From Gemmatimonadaceae bacterium (GTDB lineage Bacteria > Gemmatimonadota > Gemmatimonadetes > Gemmatimonadales > Gemmatimonadaceae): a DNA stretch of 38,253 nucleotides. Positions 25,095 to 34,539 of this stretch are shown piece by piece. The notes under the pieces are model-generated. The model searched no databases. It was not told the DNA's origin and was given only the letters and a program-made list of their open reading frames with translations. Where the stretch lies: positions 1-38,253 of the forward strand of contig JBBDYA010000035.1 in assembly GCA_040902005.1 (NCBI GenBank), in the 5' to 3' direction. Position 1 is the first letter of the stretch; every line of letters begins with the position of its first letter. Position numbers and translations under genes: made by a program.

Positions 25095-26078
25095 ATGCCC
25101 CGCCCATCCAAGACCGCAACGATCGCCGCCATCGCCGCCATCGCCGCCCTCGCCGGTGTGCTTTCGCCGGCAGCTGCCAAGGCCCAGAACTCCGTGACTC
25201 GCCAGCCGATCGTGGCGCAAGTTGCACCGCACGTCGCGCTGTCGGACCCGCAAGCCACGGTGATCTACGCCTGCTACGTCCCGGCCACCGGCACCATCTA
25301 CCGCATCCGCCACCAGGCGCTGTCGGCCGGCTGCTCCGGGCCGAAGAACGGCCCCAACCAGCACGTGGAGTTCAGCTGGAACATGGAAGGCATGCGCGGC
25401 GCCGAAGGTCCGCAGGGGCCGGAGGGTCCGCAGGGGCCGGAGGGTCCGCAGGGGCCGGAGGGTCCGCAGGGCGAGATTGGTTTGGCAGGACCGGCCGGCG
25501 CGCAGGGTGAGCGCGGTGAAGCTGGCGCCATCGGCGCGCAGGGTGAGCGCGGAGAGGTTGGTCCCGCCGGCCCGCAGGGCGAAAATGGCAGCCAGGGCGA
25601 AAATGGCGAAAAGGGTGAAATGGGCGCAAAGGGCGACCCGGGTGATGCCGGCGTCGCAGGCCCCGCCGGCTCGAAAGGCGACAAGGGCGACAAGGGCGAC
25701 AAGGGTGACAAGGGTGACAAGGGCGATGCCGGAGTCGCCGGTCCTGAGGGTCCCGCCGGCACATTCCCGGCATTGGACGTGATTTCACTCCCGCTCAGCC
25801 CGGGCCGTTCCGCTTACGGTGGCGGGTTGCAGGTGCCGCAGGCCGCGCGCCAGGGTCGCGTGGTGGTTCTCAATGGCACCGTTCGCGGCGCCGGCGCAGG
25901 CGAAGTGGCGCGGCTGCCCGCTGGGTACCGCCCCGTGGCGCGGCTCATTTTCACCGTTAGTGCGCACCTCGGCCCCGTTCGCGTGGATATCCTTCCCGAT
26001 GGGCAGGTGTTCATCGATGCCGACAATTCGCATGACTGGCTCAGCCTCGACGGCATCTCGTTCATCGCCGCCCCGTAG
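25095..26078 (+). CDS. Secreted collagen-like protein with phage-tail-fibre/RBP-like C-terminal head
   Basis: Signal peptide; IYACY...C...FSWN cap; about 42 uninterrupted Gly-X-Y triplets; C-terminal LPAGYRP...WLSLDGISF. Confidence 0.88.
   Translation: MPRPSKTATIAAIAAIAALAGVLSPAAAKAQNSVTRQPIVAQVAPHVALSDPQATVIYACYVPATGTIYRIRHQALSAGCSGPKNGPNQHVEFSWNMEGMRGAEGPQGPEGPQGPEGPQGPEGPQGEIGLAGPAGAQGERGEAGAIGAQGERGEVGPAGPQGENGSQGENGEKGEMGAKGDPGDAGVAGPAGSKGDKGDKGDKGDKGDKGDAGVAGPEGPAGTFPALDVISLPLSPGRSAYGGGLQVPQAARQGRVVVLNGTVRGAGAGEVARLPAGYRPVARLIFTVSAHLGPVRVDILPDGQVFIDADNSHDWLSLDGISFIAAP
25407..25469. repeat. 18-bp tandem repeat x3.5 (GPQGPE)
   Basis: GGTCCGCAGGGGCCGGAG repeated exactly. Confidence 0.9.
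25677..25721. repeat. 9-bp tandem repeat x5 (GDK)
   Basis: GGYGACAAG x5. Confidence 0.9.
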
Positions 26079-26171
26079 CCTGTACCGGGAGGAAGGCTGG
26101 ATGCATATTCGCGCCAGCCTTTCTCCTCCCCCCTCCCTTCCGCCGATGGGCCAGCAGTTCGCGGTTCATAT

Positions 26172-29100
26172 ATGAAGTGGGGTCGACTGGCAGCAGTCGT
26201 CGTCTGGAGCGCGACGTTTGCCATCCCCGCGGCGGCGCAGGAGATCGCCGGCCGCCGCCGGCCTCCCCCGGTGCCCGCGGACTCGTTCGTGGTGGACGTG
26301 TGGACCACCGAGCACGGGCTGCCGCAGAACAGCATCAACGCGCTCGCCAAGACGCCCGACGGCTACCTCTGGCTGGGCACCAGCGCCGGGCTCGTGCGGT
26401 TCGACGGCGCCCGCTTCGAGTTGATGAAACGATCGGACTCCGCCAACGCAAATCTCGACCGGGTGCGTCACCTGAAGCTGGGCCGCGACGGCACGCTCTG
26501 GATCGGCACCGAGGTGGCGTTGCTCTGGTACCGCGACGGGGAATTCACGAGGGTGGATCTGGATGGGTCGCCGGTGCAGGCCGTCTCGACACTGACCGTC
26601 GCGCCCGACGGCACGGTCTGGACGAGCACCGGCGGTGGTGTCTTCGCGATCCGCCACGGGCGTGCCGCGCGAGTGGATCCGCGCCGCGCGGTTCACCTCG
26701 CGTTCGATGGCCGCGGTCTGCTCTGGGTGACGTGGCCGGGGAGCTCGGGTGCCCTTCCGCATCGTGCGTTGGCGGCCGACCGCCTGGACGTCGCAGGCGC
26801 GATGGGGCCCGAACGGATCTTCCTCGGCACCGACAGCGGTGGGACGGATTGGTTCGGCAATCCTGATTATGGCAGCAGTGCACGCGTGCGCGACGGCATC
26901 GCGGTGCGGCTCCGGGGGGCAACGTCGGTGGGGAGAGTGCTGGATGTCGCGCGCGATCCCCACGGAACGGTGTGGCTGGCCACGTTCGGGGATGGGTTGT
27001 TGGCCGTCGGCGACGACGACGTGCCGCAACCGGTATACCTGCCGCGCGCGTCCACCGTGGGGACGGTGCTGGTGGATGGCCAGGGTGTCGTGTGGGCGGG
27101 AACGGCAGCCGGAGGATTGCTTCGAGTTCGACGCAGTCCGTTCCGCGTGTACAGTGCGCAACAGGGTTTCGCGCCCCGCGTGGCCGCCGGTGTGATGCAG
27201 CGGGCAGACGGCAGCATGATGTTCGGCTCCATCTGCGGGGGGGTGTACACGAAGCCGCCGGGAAGCGGCATCGTGAACCGAATGCAGTGGAGCGGTCCGC
27301 AGATGAGCTGCGCCACATCGTTCGCGGAGGACGCTGTTGGCCAGTTGTGGGTGGGCGGTTGGGGCGCTCTGGTGATGGTGCGCGGCGGCGTCGGAAAAGT
27401 CATGCACAGCCCCGACGGAGCTGCCGTGCGGGATGCGGTCTCACTGCACGCCATGCCGGACGGCTCTGTGTGGGCTGGCACCGCCGGCAACGGCGTGTTC
27501 ATCTTCGGGCCGGACGGAACACAGCGGCGCTTGCGGTCCGGCGCGGAACTCCCGCACGACGACGTGCGATTCATCACGCGCGACCGGGATGGCCGCATCT
27601 GGATCGGCACCGTTGGTGGCGTGGTCGTGTTCGATGGCGCCACCTGGGTCACGTACACCACGCAGCACGGACTCGGCGCGAACTACGTGCGCAGTGTGCA
27701 TCACGCGGCAGACGGCGCGCATTGGCTTGGCACCTACGGCGGCGGCCTGGCGCGGCTGCGAGACGGGCGGCTGGTGGCGATTCGGCAGCGCGACGGACTG
27801 GCCGAGGACGCCATCTCGGCGATCCTCCCCGACGACGCGGGCAACATCTGGATGAGCGGCAATGCCGGCGTGTTCCGGGCGCGGTTGGCGGAGCTCGATT
27901 CCTTTGCGAACGGCCAGCTGCGCCGCGTGCACTCGGTGGCATACGGCCGCGCCGACGGCCTGCTCGAGCCAGAGACGAACGGCGGATTCCATCCCGCGGC
28001 GTGGAGAGCACGCGATGGATTGCTCTGGTTTCCCACGCTCGAGGGAGTCGCGGTGGTGAATCCAGCGGTCGCCGCGGTGACGGAACGGCCCCCCACCCCG
28101 TCGGTCCACGAAGTCCGCGTGAACGGCGCGATTCGCGCCTTGCAGGGCCAGCTGGCGCTGGAATCGGGGCGCCCGAGCCTGGAACTGCACTACACCGGTC
28201 TCGGCGTGGCCGCGCCGGAGCATCTCACCTTCCGGTACCGCCTCACGCCCTATGAAAAGGAATGGACTGACGCCGGCCACCGCCGCGTCGCGTACTTCCC
28301 GCGCCTGCCACCGGGCGACTATCGGTTCGAGGTGAGCGCGGCGGGACATGCCGGCCTGTGGAGCGCGCCGTCGGAACTCATCGTGCGCGTGGATGCATCG
28401 CTCTGGGAAACATCGTGGGTGCGGATCGGGCTCTTGTCGCTGCTGCTGGTGGCGATCGTGCTCCTCGTGCGGCGCCGATTCGCGGCGCTCGATCGCGAGC
28501 GTCAGCAACAGCAGGCCCTGGCCCGGGCGCTCATCCAGGAGCAGGAACGCGAGCGACGCCGGATCGCCGCCGCGCTGCACGATGGCATGGGACAGGATCT
28601 GCTCCTGGCGGGGAACTACGCCAGGCTGGCGCTCACCAGCGACCCGGGCGCCGCGCGCGAGTACACGGAGCGCTTCGGCGAATTGACCGCCGACGCGCTG
28701 CGCAGCATCCGGGATCTCGCACGAACGCTGGCGCCGCGCCAGCTGGAGCACGCGGGACTGCGCGCCGCGCTCCAGGGCGTGATGCGCACGGCAGCGGAGG
28801 CGAGCGGCGTCTTGATCACACTGGAGTGCGACGACGTGGACGCCCTGCTCACCGAGGAAGCGCGCATCAACGTGTTTCGCATCGTGCAGGAGGGGTTGAA
28901 CAACACCGTGCGGCACGCCGACGCCTCGAGTGCTGTCATCCGCGTTCGGCTGGACCCCGGACCGCCCGCGAGTCTGGAGATTCTCGTGGAAGACGATGGC
29001 CGTGGATTCGATCAGGCCGCTGCCCGACCGCACGCCGGTCTTGGCCTCGGCAGCATCGCCGAGCGGGTCACGATCCTGGGAGGCACGCTGCGCACGGTGT

Positions 29101-29180
29101 CGTCCCCCGGCAAGGGCACGCGACACGAGGCGCGGATCCCCGTGTCACACGGCCTGCACGCGGAGCCCGTCCATGCCTGA
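26172..29180 (+). CDS. Sensor histidine kinase with periplasmic beta-propellers and Y_Y_Y domain (HisKA_3 type)
   Basis: GLPQNSINAL..DGYLWLGT repeats, LPPGDYRFEV, single TM, ERRRIAAALHDG, EGLNN..RHA, DDGRGF, GLGL. Confidence 0.95.
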   Translation: MKWGRLAAVVVWSATFAIPAAAQEIAGRRRPPPVPADSFVVDVWTTEHGLPQNSINALAKTPDGYLWLGTSAGLVRFDGARFELMKRSDSANANLDRVRHLKLGRDGTLWIGTEVALLWYRDGEFTRVDLDGSPVQAVSTLTVAPDGTVWTSTGGGVFAIRHGRAARVDPRRAVHLAFDGRGLLWVTWPGSSGALPHRALAADRLDVAGAMGPERIFLGTDSGGTDWFGNPDYGSSARVRDGIAVRLRGATSVGRVLDVARDPHGTVWLATFGDGLLAVGDDDVPQPVYLPRASTVGTVLVDGQGVVWAGTAAGGLLRVRRSPFRVYSAQQGFAPRVAAGVMQRADGSMMFGSICGGVYTKPPGSGIVNRMQWSGPQMSCATSFAEDAVGQLWVGGWGALVMVRGGVGKVMHSPDGAAVRDAVSLHAMPDGSVWAGTAGNGVFIFGPDGTQRRLRSGAELPHDDVRFITRDRDGRIWIGTVGGVVVFDGATWVTYTTQHGLGANYVRSVHHAADGAHWLGTYGGGLARLRDGRLVAIRQRDGLAEDAISAILPDDAGNIWMSGNAGVFRARLAELDSFANGQLRRVHSVAYGRADGLLEPETNGGFHPAAWRARDGLLWFPTLEGVAVVNPAVAAVTERPPTPSVHEVRVNGAIRALQGQLALESGRPSLELHYTGLGVAAPEHLTFRYRLTPYEKEWTDAGHRRVAYFPRLPPGDYRFEVSAAGHAGLWSAPSELIVRVDASLWETSWVRIGLLSLLLVAIVLLVRRRFAALDRERQQQQALARALIQEQERERRRIAAALHDGMGQDLLLAGNYARLALTSDPGAAREYTERFGELTADALRSIRDLARTLAPRQLEHAGLRAALQGVMRTAAEASGVLITLECDDVDALLTEEARINVFRIVQEGLNNTVRHADASSAVIRVRLDPGPPASLEILVEDDGRGFDQAAARPHAGLGLGSIAERVTILGGTLRTVSSPGKGTRHEARIPVSHGLHAEPVHA

Positions 29181-29835
29181 CGGTTTGCCCAGCGTGTTCG
29201 TTGCCGACGATCACGCACTGCTGCGCAGGGGCCTGATCGAGGTGATCCGGCAGAGCCGCCTGTACGACGTGGTGGGCGAAGCCGAAGACGGCGAGTCGGC
29301 GCTAGCCGGCATCCGGCAGCATCGCCCGGCGATGGCGATCGTGGACGTCGAGATGCCGCGCCGCAACGGGATCGCCGTGGCCGAAGCACTTCGGGGTGAC
29401 GAGGCGAACACCGCCGTCGTGCTGCTCACCATGCACGACGATCCGGAGACCCTGGAGCGGGCGATCGCCGCTGGGGTCAGGGGGTACGTCCTGAAGGACG
29501 GAGCCCTGACCGACATCCTGACCTGCCTCAACCTGGTGAGCGCCGGCCGGATGTACGTGAGCGCGGCGCTCTCCTCGTCGCTGGTAGAGCGCGGTAACCG
29601 AGCGACGGCGGCGGCCGCGCAGGGCGGCGCGATTCTCGACCGCCTGAGTCCAGCCGAGCGAAAGGTGCTGCGGCTGGTCGCGCGGAATCTCACGACGGTA
29701 CAGATCGCGGCTGACCTGGCGTTGAGTCCCAAGACGGTGGAGAACCATCGAGCGCGCATCTCGGCGCGACTGCAGCTGCACGGGCCGCAAGCGCTCCTGC
29801 GCTTCGCGCTCGAGCACCGTGCCGAGCTGGAATGA
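29173..29835 (+). CDS. NarL/LuxR-family response regulator
   Basis: VADDHALLR, VDVEMP, GYVLK, LSPAERKVL...LSPKTVENHR. Confidence 0.95.
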   Translation: MPDGLPSVFVADDHALLRRGLIEVIRQSRLYDVVGEAEDGESALAGIRQHRPAMAIVDVEMPRRNGIAVAEALRGDEANTAVVLLTMHDDPETLERAIAAGVRGYVLKDGALTDILTCLNLVSAGRMYVSAALSSSLVERGNRATAAAAQGGAILDRLSPAERKVLRLVARNLTTVQIAADLALSPKTVENHRARISARLQLHGPQALLRFALEHRAELE

Positions 29836-29901
29836 CGCCTATCCCAGCCAACATGATGGCGTGCCGATTCGCGCCACCGCCGGCCACCATGAGGGCACGG
29901 G

Positions 29902-29946
29902 TTCTATATCTATGACCTGGCCGTCGCGTCGGGACATCGGCGCCAG
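29902..29946 (+). pseudogene. Tiny fragment of an AAC(3)-I-like acetyltransferase gene
   Basis: Translates FYIYDLAVASGHRRQ, closely resembling the AAC(3)-I motif IYIYDLAVSGEHRRQG; in-frame TGA at 29890. Confidence 0.55.
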
Positions 29947-29952
29947 CGCCAT

Positions 29953-30866
29953 TCATGGTGCCGGCGCAACGGCGGCGCGCATCTCCCGAACGGCCTCGCG
30001 CTCGACGTCCACGGCACGGCGCACCGAGCGAGCTTCCTCCAGCGACGCGGTCATGTCATCCGGGTGACCCACACCGGCGCGCAGTCGCAGCAGATCCAGC
30101 CGGAGATTCTCCAGGGCCGAGACCGCGGCCTGGAGTCGCTGGTCGAGCGGCGCGCGCGCCGGACAGTCCGATTCCCGCCACGCGGAAAAGACCCCGGCCA
30201 ACGATACCCTCCCAGAACCGGCGCAGTGCGCCGGACTGCTCCGCCGTGCCGCGCGTGAACAGCGCGACCACCTTCGTCGGCGCGATTGCGAGCGAGAGGA
30301 GGAACCCGGCGTTCACCGCGATGTTGAGCGCCATCGCCACCGCCCGCACCATGGCGTCGTGCTGGATCGAGGGGAGCAGTCCGTACTTCGTGATCCACCA
30401 GACGATCACGCCAGCCAACCCGGCGAAGACTGCACGGGCAGCGGGATGCCCGAGACGCCTGGAAAGGCGGTGCGCGCGAGCCGCCTCGTAATCGACGTTG
30501 ACATCAAGCACCATGGAGTTCGCCACCACCGCGCGGGCCACGTCCCGCTCGTCCAGCCCCGCGCGTCGCACGCCGCGCGCGCTGCGCAGTGGCATGAGCG
30601 CCACGATCACGGTCACCGCGGAGCGTATGCCGATGGCGGGATCGAGCGGATGGCCGGGCAGCCCCGGACGCGGCACGATCCGCGGAATCACTTCCAGCAC
30701 GCCGAACCAGACGGTCCCCAGCCCGATGGCCTGCGCCGCCGCGGTGCGGCCCGACGCGAGAAACTCACGAATGCTCGGCGCAATCTCAGCGCGCACCACC
30801 TGTGCGTCGGTGACGGCGTCGGGCAGCGCTGCACCGCTCGCAGGACGAGCGGCGGGATCCTTGGGC
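29953..30866 (-). pseudogene. C-terminal part of a Ser/Thr kinase-type membrane protein, 5'-truncated and frameshifted
   Basis: Begins at KDPAARPASGAAL (kinase subdomain XI-like), TM helices, then shifts frame near 30170 to AVSALENLRLDLLRLRAG. Confidence 0.6.
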
Positions 30867-31570
30867 AGGAGCCCGGTCAACCCCAGCGTTGATGCGGCGC
30901 GCGCCATCGCGTCCCGTTCGGCGAACTGCTGGTCAACCGCGGCACGCGCGGTTCGAACATCGAACACGGGCAGCTCCGGCGAGATGGCGACGACCGCGCG
31001 GCGCATGGGCTGCGCGAGTCGCTGCGGCCGCTCCTCCGATGCGACGAATGCCGAAACCGACATGCCCGGATGCCGCAGGCCCAGCGGCAGAAAGATTCCC
31101 GGCGGCGGATCCGCCGTGATGTCGCTCAGACGAAGATCCTCCACGACGGCGGCGATGCGGACGACGTTCCGGTTGTTCGCGCGCATCGGCACCATCCGGC
31201 CGACGGCAAGTCGGGGGTCTTCGCCGGCATACAACGCCGCGACGGCCGTTCGAGTCAGGACGACGGTGCCGCTATTCCCGCGCCACGCGCGTTCGCCCGC
31301 GACGACGCGCCCCCACCGCGGCGAGGAATCCCGGCGACACGAAGTATCCGGCCCCGACGACCGGTCGCAGGGCCGGGTCCTCGGCCCCGAACACGGCGTT
31401 CGACCGGAACAGCGCCGACGTGACACAGCTCGAGCGAAGCGGCGACGGCGAGATCAATCCCGCGGCTCGCACACCGGCATTCCCGCGGTGCGCTCCTCGA
31501 ACGCGGTCGCGAAGGTCGCGAGACGCGCTCCCTCGATCGCGTGGAGGTGTGGATCCATCGAGAATCGCAC
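30867..31570 (-). pseudogene. Internal fragment of a third ADOP permease, multiply frameshifted
   Basis: VRAAGLISPSP..VSPGFLAAVG, then VVRIAAVVEDLR..RRAVVAISPELPVFDVRT..STLGLTGLL spread over different frames. Confidence 0.75.
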
Positions 31571-31699
31571 GCAGCGGTAGACATCCAGTCATGCGATGAA
31601 GCCTTGTGCATCACAGCGAACCCCTGAACATTGAGAGTGCCGCGGAGCCGGTCCGTGCGGCAGGTTCGCCGCGCAGGACGCCACCAGGTGGGGAAACGC

Positions 31700-34516
31700 A
31701 TGCTGCGATTCAAACTGCTTGGCACCCTGGTCATCGAGCGCGGCGACGGCACCACGGTCGCGGAGGTTCCTCGCCGGGCGATGGCGGTACTCGCTGTGAT
31801 CGCCGCCGCGAGTGGCCGGCCCGTGAGCCGGGACACACTGCTGGGATATTTCTGGTCCGAGAGCGACGCCGAGCGCGCGCGCCATCGCCTGTCCGATTCG
31901 CTCTCGCTGTTGCGGAGCGTGGTGCCCGAGGGGACGATCCTTGCGACGCGCGATACGCTGCGGCTGAATCCCGAGCGTGCGACGACCGATGTGGCGCGGT
32001 TCGAGGCGGCGATGACCGGCGGCCAGCCGGAGCAGGCGGTGGCTGCCTGGGGCGGGCCGTTCCTCGACGGCTTTTTCGTCGCCGGGGCGTCCGGATTCGA
32101 GCACTGGATGGACGGCGAGCGCAACCGGCTGGCGCGTCTCTACGCGCGCGCCCTCACGACGCTCGCCGAAGCCACGGAGGCGCGCGGCGCCGCGGCAGAC
32201 GCGGTGGCGTGGTGGCGCCGGCTCGCGGCGCACGATCCCCTGGATTCGGCCGTCGCGTTGCGCGTGATCGGCGCGCTCCGGCTCGCCGGCGACGAGGCGG
32301 GAGCGGTGCGCCATGCGCAGGGGCATGCCGTGCTCCTGCGCGAGGAGTTGGGCATCGAGCCGCCTCGCGGGGTGGCGGCCGTGCTCGAGCAGGGCCGTGC
32401 GCGCCCCGCCACAGCGGCGGGCGCAGCGGATGTCGGCACGATGGCTTCCGAACCGCCGGTGGCCGATGCGGCGGTTCTCGCATCCGCCCCTCCCGCTCCC
32501 ACGCGCGGACCCGCGTCGCGCAGGCGGCTGGCGCCCGGGCGCGCGTCCGTGCTGGTGGGAACGGCTGTGCTGGTCCTGGTCGCCGGTTGGTGGACTGCGC
32601 GTCGGGGCGAGTCCGCGGTCATGGGCGGGGCGGAGTTGATCGCGGTGCTGCCGTTCACCACCTCGGGGGAAGGCATGGACGTGCTGCGGGAGGGGATGGT
32701 GGACCTGCTGTCGTCCAACCTGGACCAGGTGGGCGCTGTGCGCACGGTCAGTCCGCGCACGGCGTTGCAGCAGTGGCATCGCACCACGGGGGGGCAGGAG
32801 GCCGACCTGGCCGCTGCGCTCGCGGTCGGGAGCGCGCTGGAGGCGGGCTCGGTGCTGATCGGCAGCGTGGTGTCGGCGGGCGGCCGCGCGCGCATGGACG
32901 CGGAACTGCATCGCGTGCGCGGCGGCCTGCTGGCGCGCGCGCGCGTCGAGGGCTCGCCAGACAGCGTCCTCGCGCTCGCCGACCAGTTGAGCCTCGCGCT
33001 GCTACGTGAAATCTGGCAGTCGACGCAGCCGATCCCCACCGCGCGGCTGAGCGCGGTGACTACCGCCTCGTTCCCGGCGCTGCGCAGCTACCTGCGCGGC
33101 ACGCAGTTCTATCGCACCGCTCAGTGGGATTCCGCGGCCATCGCGTACGAGACGGCCATTCGCCATGACTCCACCTTCGCGCTCGCGTTCGCCCGGCTCA
33201 GCGAAGTAGACGGGTGGCGCCGTACGGCGGCGGGCACATCGCAGATCATCGCGTCGGCCGACGCGGCGCTGCGGCACGCGGATCGACTGCCGGAGCGTGA
33301 GCGAACGCTCATTCGCGCGCGTCGCCTGTTCCACGACCGCAACCCGGCCGTGGTGGATTCGATGCACGCCTATCGCACGCGGTATCCGGATGACCTGCTG
33401 GGGCACTACTACAGCGCGGACATGGCGTATCACGCCAACCCGGTGATCGGCTTCGACCTGGAGGAGTTCTTTGCGGCGTTCGACCGCGTGATCGAGCGCG
33501 ATTCCACGTTCGGCCCCACCTACCACCATCCGATCGAGGTCGCGCTGACCGCGGGCGACCGGCCGCGTTTTCTCAACTACCTGGCCGCGCTTGGCCGCGC
33601 CAGCCCCAACGACCCGCGGCTGCCCTTCTTTCGTGACGCGGAGCGCCACCGCTGGTCGCCGCCGGCAATTGCGGGCCGGGACCTGCTGCGCGACGTGCGC
33701 GCGGGGCGCATCGACGCCCTGGCACCGATGACCGGCGTCCTGGCCGCCGCCACGCTCGGAGCCGATGCGCCTCGGCCGGACGACTACCTGCTCTACCTGC
33801 GTTCGGCGCCGATGGACGCACACGCCCCGCTCGTGCGCGCGCTTGCCGGGTTGGGGCGGCTGCACGCCGCCGAGCGCGCCCTGGCCGGGCGGGCGGCACC
33901 GGACTGGGACAACGGCATCGGCCCGGTGGTGCTGGGATACGCAACCCGCGACTACGCCGAACGCGTGCAGCGTGGGGTGGCCGCCCGCGACCCGCCCGCG
34001 GTGCTTCGCGTTCTCACGGCGCTTCACGGGGGCGACGCCGCGGCGGCCCGCGTGGAACTCGTGGCGGCGCGCCTGGCTCCGCGGACCGGACCCGCGATGT
34101 CGGATGGGCTGTTCCGCGCGCTCGCGGGGTGGACCGACGTCCTGGCCGGGGACACCGCGCGCGGCGCCGCCGCCATGCGCGCGGGGCTGCGTGACGTCGG
34201 GTTCGAGGACGAACGCGCCCGCTTCACCTACCCCGTCCGCCTGCAGCTCGCCCTGCTCGACGCGCTCCATCCGGCGACCCACGACGCGGCGTTCCGGGCC
34301 ATCGGGTTGCTGCGTACGTCGCCGGGCAATCTGATAGTGTTTCCTTATGGAATGCTGGTGACGGCGCGGGTGTTCGAGCGGGCGGGACAGCCCGCGGCGG
34401 CGGCGGCGGCCTATCGGCGGTTCGCGGTGCTGTTCGCTGGCGCCGATGCCGAGCTGCAGCCCCTGGTGGCCAACGCGTTGCGGGCAGCGGCCCGACTCGA
34501 GACCGCTGCCCGCTGA
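31700..34516 (+). CDS. SARP/BTAD-family regulator with TM, TolB-like and TPR-like regions
   Basis: MLRFKLLG, VSRDTLLGYFWSESDAERARHRL, GPFLDGF, HDPLDS; TM; IAVLPF; ALRSYLRG..DSTFALA. Confidence 0.88.
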   Translation: MLRFKLLGTLVIERGDGTTVAEVPRRAMAVLAVIAAASGRPVSRDTLLGYFWSESDAERARHRLSDSLSLLRSVVPEGTILATRDTLRLNPERATTDVARFEAAMTGGQPEQAVAAWGGPFLDGFFVAGASGFEHWMDGERNRLARLYARALTTLAEATEARGAAADAVAWWRRLAAHDPLDSAVALRVIGALRLAGDEAGAVRHAQGHAVLLREELGIEPPRGVAAVLEQGRARPATAAGAADVGTMASEPPVADAAVLASAPPAPTRGPASRRRLAPGRASVLVGTAVLVLVAGWWTARRGESAVMGGAELIAVLPFTTSGEGMDVLREGMVDLLSSNLDQVGAVRTVSPRTALQQWHRTTGGQEADLAAALAVGSALEAGSVLIGSVVSAGGRARMDAELHRVRGGLLARARVEGSPDSVLALADQLSLALLREIWQSTQPIPTARLSAVTTASFPALRSYLRGTQFYRTAQWDSAAIAYETAIRHDSTFALAFARLSEVDGWRRTAAGTSQIIASADAALRHADRLPERERTLIRARRLFHDRNPAVVDSMHAYRTRYPDDLLGHYYSADMAYHANPVIGFDLEEFFAAFDRVIERDSTFGPTYHHPIEVALTAGDRPRFLNYLAALGRASPNDPRLPFFRDAERHRWSPPAIAGRDLLRDVRAGRIDALAPMTGVLAAATLGADAPRPDDYLLYLRSAPMDAHAPLVRALAGLGRLHAAERALAGRAAPDWDNGIGPVVLGYATRDYAERVQRGVAARDPPAVLRVLTALHGGDAAAARVELVAARLAPRTGPAMSDGLFRALAGWTDVLAGDTARGAAAMRAGLRDVGFEDERARFTYPVRLQLALLDALHPATHDAAFRAIGLLRTSPGNLIVFPYGMLVTARVFERAGQPAAAAAAYRRFAVLFAGADAELQPLVANALRAAARLETAAR

Positions 34517-34539
34517 CGCCGAGGACCATCGCTGCCCGC

